A stretch of 64,000 nucleotides of DNA from Lytechinus pictus. Lineage: Eukaryota. This document shows positions 58,801 through 64,000 of the stretch, piece after piece. Within the stretch, counting starts at the first letter, position 1. Every line of letters begins with the position of its first letter. A model generated the notes under the pieces. The model did no database searches, had not been told where the DNA came from, and was given only the letters and a program-made list of their open reading frames with translations. Both the position numbers and the translations under genes were made by a program. The DNA lies in NCBI RefSeq assembly GCF_037042905.1, contig NC_087251.1, positions 17,424,001-17,488,000 of the forward strand, given 5' to 3'.

Positions 58801-59417
58801 TTCTTTTTACTATAAAAAAACCAATGGCCCTTATTCACAGAGTTGGTTTTGATTGCTGAAAATGCAGATCCAAACCATAATTTATGCAGATTAATCATGC
58901 TAAATTCAGTATGTACTTTCAGGAAGGTCAAACATTGAATGTGCAATTTGTCACAGGATGCCAAATTCATGCATGTTGCTGTGGTTTACGACCACTGTTT
59001 ATTCCCCATTTCATTTGGATGTGTTAAGATGAGGTGATATATGTTATCATTATTATTCCTTTCTGAATTAAAAATTCAGTAGTAGGCCTTTCTAAATTTC
59101 TAAAATTACTATTAAATCTACATAAAACATGGTTATTCATACAAAAGTTTTGAAATCATTTTCCTGAACTTAGGCAAGAAAATTACTTAATTCATGTAAC
59201 AAACAAGCTGTTCAGTACAGCTGGTTTCTACCCCCCACCCTTAAGAAATACTTTTTTTTTTTCAAATAGCGAATACAATTTTATAAATGTAATTTCTAAG
59301 GTTTGAAACAAATGAGAATTTTTAATATAATCCAAGACTTACCCAAGTAAGCTGGTTCAATAACATAGATGTTTGCTGATGGTAGACTGTCTTTGAATCC
59401 CCTGAAATCTTTAAAAT
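31737..59417 (-). CDS. NUP210: Nuclear pore membrane glycoprotein 210 (gp210), 5'-partial, 35 exons in window
   Basis: The spliced minus-strand translation follows NUP210 in order (LPSANIYVIEPAYLGF, WVLETG, SSENGSYH, ATGGTGSYVWSSS, GGPQPWVLDPSRYY, GGPQPQSQIEY, ETPFTFG), then a TM helix and a tail ending LWSTAYSP...EY stop. All introns are GT-AG with consistent phases. Confidence 0.95.
34528..34993 (+). mobile_element. hAT-like MITE with 6-bp TSD
   Basis: CTATAC|CAGACCTGCCAAC ... GTTGGCAGGTCTG|CTATAC; aaaacgta subterminal repeats. Confidence 0.88.
35252..35359 (-). CDS. NUP210: Candidate alternative NUP210 tail exon
   Basis: Strong pyrimidine tract plus ccag acceptor in the right phase; FTNPYLPRKTQGTYPADRSKSSPTQWGSSQNNSHE; weak donor AAG|gtccat, or read-through to a stop at 35154. 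Confidence 0.45.
35882..35998 (-). CDS. NUP210: NUP210 exon (start of C-terminal tail)
   Basis: YHVFLAPRYYVASSGSGAFLHSPLHRSPAPPPYFEQSP. Confidence 0.86.
36233..36393. repeat. Imperfect 160-bp hairpin (likely MITE)
   Basis: gttgtgtcagtgcaggaa...atgcagaaacgccctt pairs with aagggcgtttctgcat...ttcctgcaccgacacaac. Confidence 0.75.
36575..36688 (-). CDS. NUP210: NUP210 exon (transmembrane helix)
   Basis: Not in the ORF track; EATVTGWSTVLHLFLQHYQTWLFFLIFILAVAGMVLI; ttacag| ... |gtaagt. Confidence 0.88.
37705..37927 (-). CDS. NUP210: NUP210 exon
   Basis: ASTNDTDII...NTVTGQRTVVPIKINL...TATA. Confidence 0.85.
38278..38531 (-). CDS. NUP210: NUP210 exon
   Basis: QYYCSISQ...LSTMDTTLTL...FKFLPAYS...MDHLQ. 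Confidence 0.87.
38954..39889 (-). mobile_element. Kolobok-like non-autonomous element (inverted copy of the 24156 family)
   Basis: TTAA|GGACGTTCCACAGTT ... AACTGTGGAACGTCC|TTAA; internal homology in reverse orientation. Confidence 0.85.
40216..40362 (-). CDS. NUP210: NUP210 exon
   Basis: ENCSFEKHAWIFESVTPPFQCTLQF...AGFDASQ. Confidence 0.85.
41018..41141 (-). CDS. NUP210: NUP210 exon
   Basis: VSVGTILRITLDG...RVPVKLNGVSSIQ. Confidence 0.82.
41783..41919 (-). CDS. NUP210: NUP210 exon
   Basis: QSGSWSSSENSILKVHRSSGVAMALTPG. Confidence 0.88.
42302..42431 (-). CDS. NUP210: NUP210 exon
   Basis: VWDSESPWIDDYVGIPVG...VVGDIVCLRSPL. Confidence 0.88.
42883..42967 (-). CDS. NUP210: NUP210 exon
   Basis: FDRLQLQSGSDNSTFIGRSAHMGTTMLK. 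Confidence 0.86.
43397..43569 (-). CDS. NUP210: NUP210 exon
   Basis: IKPVSYIAV...FPIGVSPSFVVRFYDNIGERFDA. Confidence 0.88.
44019..44190 (-). CDS. NUP210: NUP210 exon
   Basis: DGSARMSYRIL...ESFGVNQTTVVHVS. Confidence 0.9.
44708..44802 (-). CDS. NUP210: NUP210 exon
   Basis: VFERLELMQPDCPCHSRLLMTPNTQAPIKTN. Confidence 0.88.
45440..45595 (-). CDS. NUP210: NUP210 exon
   Basis: DGIYSGAEHNIAMRV...LMDEIQIQ. Confidence 0.9.
46186..46398 (-). CDS. NUP210: NUP210 exon
   Basis: DTIDVYVIELNGIRIHAP...ETPFTFGDAIDGLLFEWSVS. Confidence 0.92.
46608..47556. mobile_element. Helentron-associated (HINE/pearl-like) element with internal tandem repeats
   Basis: Subterminal IR gtctcacctgcat / atgcaggtgagac, terminal hairpin, five gatgttcag-anchored units spaced 163, 162, 163 and 192 bp, A-rich flanks. 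Confidence 0.7.
47934..48113 (-). CDS. NUP210: NUP210 exon
   Basis: VRSTGGPQPQSQIEY...GSNVVYSE. Confidence 0.92.
48545..48607 (-). CDS. NUP210: NUP210 exon
   Basis: VFPPLKLTPRNITLIVTSLFQ. Confidence 0.88.
49165..49306 (-). CDS. NUP210: NUP210 exon
   Basis: PDMDSSGRDQHTAYYTVNGASIGFTTLAF...RDIQ. Confidence 0.88.
49838..49965 (-). CDS. NUP210: NUP210 exon
   Basis: VQVDHEIRAAVQVLDSTDQPLSVSYFPLMRL. Confidence 0.87.
50483..50611 (-). CDS. NUP210: NUP210 exon
   Basis: VIPLRDGTLVITAYDLCIA...IDLKVVDK. Confidence 0.9.
51060..51161 (-). CDS. NUP210: NUP210 exon
   Basis: ASLNLQGGSGHFLIRPNIAGLAEMRYDEKKKQIE. Confidence 0.88.
51497..51598 (-). CDS. NUP210: NUP210 exon
   Basis: SQVPSVSASLELGLVMEATIDPNRLSLFNHPSNK. 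Confidence 0.88.
52040..52146 (-). CDS. NUP210: NUP210 exon
   Basis: FEVTTLKHRQGSVTLTATTTAYDNVLFRRHAIAIP. Confidence 0.85.
52600..52792 (-). CDS. NUP210: NUP210 exon
   Basis: IPVMNGQDVEILVNAVDSHGRLFHNFSSLVVSW. Confidence 0.9.
52818..52920 (-). pseudogene. Partial duplicated NUP210 exon fragment in an intron
   Basis: Aligns with 52651-52752, with several substitutions and a 1-bp insertion. Confidence 0.85.
53260..53359 (-). CDS. NUP210: NUP210 exon
   Basis: YLCSQPVSLQLIPVVQQPDLEVPCPIALDSNNQ. Confidence 0.87.
53867..53987 (-). CDS. NUP210: NUP210 exon
   Basis: NYHIFQVLCRHLGEQTLTVNVGNDPTARNKFPA. Confidence 0.88.
54300..54362. repeat. (CAT/CAC)n trinucleotide microsatellite
   Basis: Mixed cat/cac/cgt triplets in a NUP210 intron. 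Confidence 0.85.
54377..54548 (-). CDS. NUP210: NUP210 exon
   Basis: PLDPDSVAIVTLAASKTLVLTGGPQPWVLDPSRYY. Confidence 0.9.
54757..54908 (-). CDS. NUP210: NUP210 exon
   Basis: GEKFDVVADSCTTLHVKA...ASVTIAAFAPLQ. Confidence 0.88.
55280..55366 (-). CDS. NUP210: NUP210 exon
   Basis: KERVMLTHCGSLPLVTDVADQSIFQKTE. Confidence 0.83.
55632..55740 (-). CDS. NUP210: NUP210 exon
   Basis: VYLLPPSKMIFLDSRVEAEVGSILHLPLAM. Confidence 0.88.
55913..56068 (-). CDS. NUP210: NUP210 exon
   Basis: ATGGTGSYVWSSS...ADNRNPAHFGLSR. Confidence 0.9.
56557..56694 (-). CDS. NUP210: NUP210 exon
   Basis: DGERAEFEVPIKESQEAEIFDPI...YQYPLK. Confidence 0.88.
57150..57290 (-). CDS. NUP210: NUP210 exon
   Basis: NIRIDTIFPEAYFQVIRSSENGSYHFVK...MIKP. 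Confidence 0.9.
57656..58159 (+). mobile_element. hAT-like MITE with 6-bp TSD (second copy)
   Basis: TTACCA|CAGAGCTCCCAAG ... GTTGGCAGGTCTG|TTACCA; interior closely matches 34528-34993. Confidence 0.85.
58456..58568 (-). CDS. NUP210: NUP210 exon
   Basis: [37 protein letters not shown]. Confidence 0.88.
59343..59417 (-). CDS. NUP210: NUP210 exon
   Basis: FKDFRGFKDSLPSANIYVIEPAYL; donor gtaagt; acceptor position less certain. Confidence 0.8.
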
Positions 59418-60961
59418 CTGAGTCGCATATCAAGATTAAGGTTGATATAAAGGGTGGTTATTCAAAAACCAAAAAAAAAAAACTTACAAAGTAAAAAGAG
59501 TTCATTCACGTAACGTTCTGTAATATGGCTCTCTTGATCAACATAAATGATTTGTCTTAACATATCCATCAACTATCGACAGTCTGGAGTGGAATTTTAT
59601 AGATGAATGTTTAGAAAAATATGGTTTCAAAATAATGTTCAGAAAATGGGTCTCGATCCTATATACACAAATATCGAATTGCGTTCTTTTGAATGGATAT
59701 TTTACAGAAACATTTTACCCCACTAGAGGGATAAGGCAAGGTTGCCCGTTATCTGCGTTACTTTTTATCTTAGCGGTTGAGTTTGTCAGCAACAAAATCA
59801 AAAGTGATAAGGATATAAAGGGAATTTGTGTTGGAGAAAAATCTAAAGAAATAAAGTTATGTCAGCTAGCTGACGACCTGACACTTTTTATGCAAAATAA
59901 TTATTCAGGAAATAAGGCCATAGAGCATATAATATATTTTGGAAAAGTTTCAGGTGTTATTTTAAACAAGGAAAAAACACAAGTCATGTGGTTGGGGAAA
60001 GATAAACCCTTAGAAATGATAAGTAATATTCCATGGGCTGAGAATTATGTTAAAGCTCTCGGTATATTTTTTACCAGACATGAAACTATGAGCTGCGAGC
60101 TTAATTGGTCAAAGGACAAAATTAATAAAATAGAAAGATTGCTTAACATTTGCAAACAACGAAATCTTACATATAAAGGTAAGATAATTATCTTAAAAAC
60201 ATTAATATTGTCTAAATTTGTATACACTGCTCAAATTATTTTTTGTCCAAACGACCTGATTAAAAAAATAGACAAATTAATGATGAACTTTCTGTGGGGA
60301 TCCAAAATTCACAAAGTAAAAAGAACTATGGTAATTAGTGATTTGTCAAATGGTGGATTAAATATGTTAGATCTAGGCAGGATTGTAATAAAAAACGTTT
60401 TTTATAAAAAAAAACAAATAAAATGTTTTTTATTGTTTTAAAACGTTTTAAATCGTTTTAAAACGTTTTTTTTTCCAACGAATGATGCAATTTTTTATGT
60501 AAAAAATTAAACTATACACTAAATACAGTATGATTTAAGCTCTTGATGTTTTAAAAAATATATGACCACAATTTTGTTAATGAATTTCCTACAGAAAAGT
60601 TCATATTTCCCCCAAAATTACTAAATCATGGAAATTGAATGCCTACAAAAAAAGATAGGTTGACATTTTATTCCTAATACATGTAGTCCCGAGGTATATT
60701 GAGTCTTGTCAATCAGCTAGGGGGGGGGGGGTGGCGAGAAGAATTTGCACAATGGAAGAAATTGACGTACATGGGGTTTCAAGCTTAATTTCATTAAATC
60801 AATATGCTTTATTTCATTTGAATCAATTATACCAATTTTAATGCATGAAATACAAATTCAATTCAAATCTATAAATAAAGCCCTTGAACTACTTATTGTT
60901 TAATTCAGGAATTCTGATCAAATGTATATTTTAAAAAAAATTCACTATAGAATGTTTTTAA

Positions 60962-62400
60962 CCCTATTAAGACTGGGGGGGCTGATTCAGCCCCCTCGTC
61001 ATTTTTTGCGATAAACACTGCGCAAATTTTTTTACCGCGTCACTCACAGACTTTCCTTTTTCGAGTCTCATGCAAATTTTAACCCTAACTAGGCCGGGCT
61101 TTTTTGGCTGTTCTGTGGCCGGGGGGGGGGGGGGTTGATTCAACCCCCCCCCCCCTGAGATCTCGGCCGCCGATCGCGCGAGCGCCGCAAAAATTTGCAC
61201 GCTGGTAGTGTGCGATGTAATCTACAAGGCTGTATGGTAAAATTTTCCGAAATATTGAGATTTTATTTTATATGAATTGATTATGCTAATTTATGCATAA
61301 ATCATACTTTTTGCTCTAATTCACTAAATAAAGCTCCTAGAATGCTAATTTTTGGTAAAAATATTTTTTGTAGCATTCTGAACAATGGCAATTGAAAAAA
61401 ACTTTGGTTTGGAAATCAATTTCTTATGTATTTTATTGTTTTATGAATTTCTTATGTATTTCTTTGTTTTCCAACCTTTTGTTTTTCTTTGTTTTTTTCA
61501 CCAGATTTATTGCACAATCTTTTTTAAGCATAATTATGCTAAAATCAATTGCTTTCAGCTGTTAAATGTAAAAATAATCATATCTTTATGAATAAGATGA
61601 GAAAACTCAATTTGCATTGACTTTGTACACAAAATCACGTTTTGGAACAATTTTTGGTCTGACATGCACTTACAAAATGTTGCGTAATTTCAGAACCGCG
61701 TACCCGGGCGTCGTAAATTTGGTCTCAAAAGATGCGCCAGACTTAAAAGTATAAACTCTGCGAGTGGCGCGGTCAAAAAATTTCGCGCGGGAGAATGATC
61801 GCAGAAAATGTTGAGGGGGGGGTTGATTCAACCCCCCCCCCCGGCCATTTTAGGGTTAAGACCAAAATTGCGACCCCCTGGTATGTGGTTCTGAAATTAC
61901 GCAACATTTTGTAAGTGCATGCAGACCCAAAATTGCTCAAAAACATAAATTTGTATACAAATCCAATGCAAATAGTGTTTTTAGGCAAAATTCATAAATT
62001 TGTCATTATTTTTCCTTTTACCGTTTAAAATCAATTAATTTCACCTTGTTTATGGTCAAAATATAGTCCCTGACTATTTCCATTGAAAAAACAATAAAAA
62101 TCATAAGAAAATAAATGTGATGTTGAAATTTTTTTAAATGAACATTTGATCAGATTCCTATAAAGAGTCTGTGATCCAAAAATGAGCATTTTGGGGGCAT
62201 TATTTAGTTAATTAGAGCAAACTTTTGATTTTACGCATAAATTAGCAATGAGATTTATGCAAAATTTGATTTATAGTTTTTAGATTATGCCAAGGGTAAT
62301 GCACGTGCCAATTTTCGTTGTGATCCCGCAATCGACGGCCCAGATCATAAGGGGGCCCCCTCGGTCTTCTTAGGAAACGAAATAGCCCAGTCTATTTAGG
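60962..62400 (-). mobile_element. piggyBac-like element (reverse), split by a nested copy
   Basis: TTAA|CCCTATTAAGACTG start; reverse homology to the 16165 copy; ends cagtctatttagg. Confidence 0.75.
61083..61855 (+). mobile_element. piggyBac-like element nested in a relative
   Basis: TTAA|CCCTAACTAGGCCGGG ... CCGGCCATTTTAGGG|TTAA. Confidence 0.88.
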
Positions 62401-64000
62401 TTACCGGTAATGGTTTTTGTACTTTTTTATATTTATGTACAAATTTTCTAGACTTTTTTTTATTACTAATGGAAATTTTTGGCAATAATTTTCCAATCAT
62501 TAACAATAAGTAAAAAATAATGATACAGATACAAATTTTGGCAAGAACTCACATTGGGTTTATACATGAAATCAAGTTTTTGAGCAATTTGGGATCCGAT
62601 AATATGCACTTGTGGTGTATATCATAAATGCATACCCATGCATGCATCCCCAAAATAGTCTTGAACGATATGGCATGGCCCTGTTGTGTCTATGGCTTTA
62701 TCATAGAAATTTTTGAGGGGGCCATTAAGGTCCCCTGGAATTGTTAGGGTTAAGGTTTGCTAGCTGATTATCTTATACTGTTTCAAGTACTTTTCTTCAT
62801 CTTTACGAAACACAAAGTTTTACCTGCTTTTGTGTGTACCTCAAGAGTATGATGTCAGGTTTACAGTCTATTTGTAAAATATTATTGTGCTTGTGTAACA
62901 ATTCCATTTCATTCAAGCACTTCTATTACATGTACAGTACATGTATTTGAGCTCATTTTAAATAGTGTTTCTTTCCTTGTCCAAAAAGTGATCACAACAC
63001 TCAGATATGTTTGTTAAAATGAGAATATTCTTAATGTGGATTGATGTGCACAATTGAACAGGGAGAAGAGGAACATGACATAGCAATGGAGAAAGAAAGA
63101 ATAAAGGGGGAAAGAGAAAGAGAAAGAGGAGAAAAGGAGTGGTGTTGAAAAAGAGTTTTGTTAGTTAGAAGAAAATAATACACCACTTGAAAAATAACGG
63201 TATAAAAAACAATCTAAAATCACATCCATGCAAATTTATAACACACAAGTCTATGCGGTGTTTTAAAAAAACGTGTGTTTTAAAACGCGTTTTAAAACAT
63301 GTTTTAAAACACACCGTTTAAAACGCGCCAACCCTGGATCTAGGTATACAGTTAAACAGCTTTAAGTTAACATGGCTTTTCAAATATTTCGATGACACTA
63401 AATCAAAATGGAAATGGATGTTTGATTATTGGTTTGGAAAATTAGGTGGAAGTTTTATTCTAAGAAATTGTAAGTGTGATCCACAATATATCCTGTCATT
63501 GAAAACGATTCCAAAGTTTTATCGTGAAATATTATATGTCTATTTTACTTTTAAATAAAAATATAATTTCAAGTGCAGAGATTTGCAAAGAATTGTTATG
63601 GTTTAACAACAATATCAGACATAATGGTAGGATGTTGTTATTTAGGAACTGGATACGGTCAAATATTTTGTTTATTGGTGATCTGGTATCTAAGAATACC
63701 TTTCTTACTGTAAATGAATTAAAAGAAAAGTTAGTCAATCTTGATGGACAATGGTTGTCAGAATATGCAGTTTGTATAATATCAGTACCAAAAATGTGGA
63801 GAGAACAACTAAAAGAAAATAACCTTGCTTTGTTTAGAAAATTTAAAAATTCAATTTTGAATGATGAGTCCTGTGTGCCATCTGTAAATACATTGCTTAA
63901 TTGTAACTCTAGAGTAAAACAAATTTATCAAGAGATGTTGCAATTAAATGTTGAAAGATCAAGGGCCGAATTATTTTGGAGAGAAATTTTGAATGAAGAA

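Larger units (their letters stand above)
60378..63336. mobile_element. hAT-like composite non-autonomous element inserted in the LINE
   Basis: 8-bp TSD GATCTAGG at 60370-60377 and 63337-63344; termini CAGGATTG / CAACCCTG; aaaacg(t/c) subterminal repeats at both ends. Confidence 0.85.
59578..64000 (+). mobile_element. 5'-truncated Tx1/L1-clade LINE reverse transcriptase, interrupted
   Basis: DSLEWNF...RGIRQGCPLSALLF...QLADDLT...LTYKGKIIILK...GGLNMLDLG; resumes after 63344 (IQLNSFKLTW...IPKFYREIL...LWFNNNI) and runs off the window. Confidence 0.9.

Overview
AT-rich animal genomic DNA with GT-AG introns; the repeat content looks like a sea urchin or other echinoderm, which is my inference and not a database result. 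Two multi-exon genes are convergent and both start outside the window. On the + strand is an unduplicated BUB1/BUBR1 (MadBub) spindle-checkpoint kinase: 20 exons traced from 3107 to 23921, about 1500 codons, with TPR, ABBA-KEN-ABBA, GLEBS, CD1, KARD and an intact kinase domain. On the - strand is the nuclear pore membrane glycoprotein NUP210/gp210: 35 exons traced from 59417 to 31737, about 1590 codons, including the transmembrane helix and the C-terminal tail. I read exon boundaries by hand, and splice phases are consistent along both genes. Introns and the intergenic region hold many non-autonomous DNA transposons (piggyBac-, Kolobok-, Tc1/pogo-, hAT-, Crypton- and Helentron-like) and two LINE fragments. 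The most unusual structures are a perfect 99-bp fold-back insertion in a CR1-like LINE, a four- to five-layer nested transposon stack in a near-intact Tx1-like LINE, a partial NUP210 exon duplication, a candidate alternative NUP210 tail exon, and an expanded set of ABBA-like motifs in MadBub. I see no convincing evidence of a wholly new biological system.
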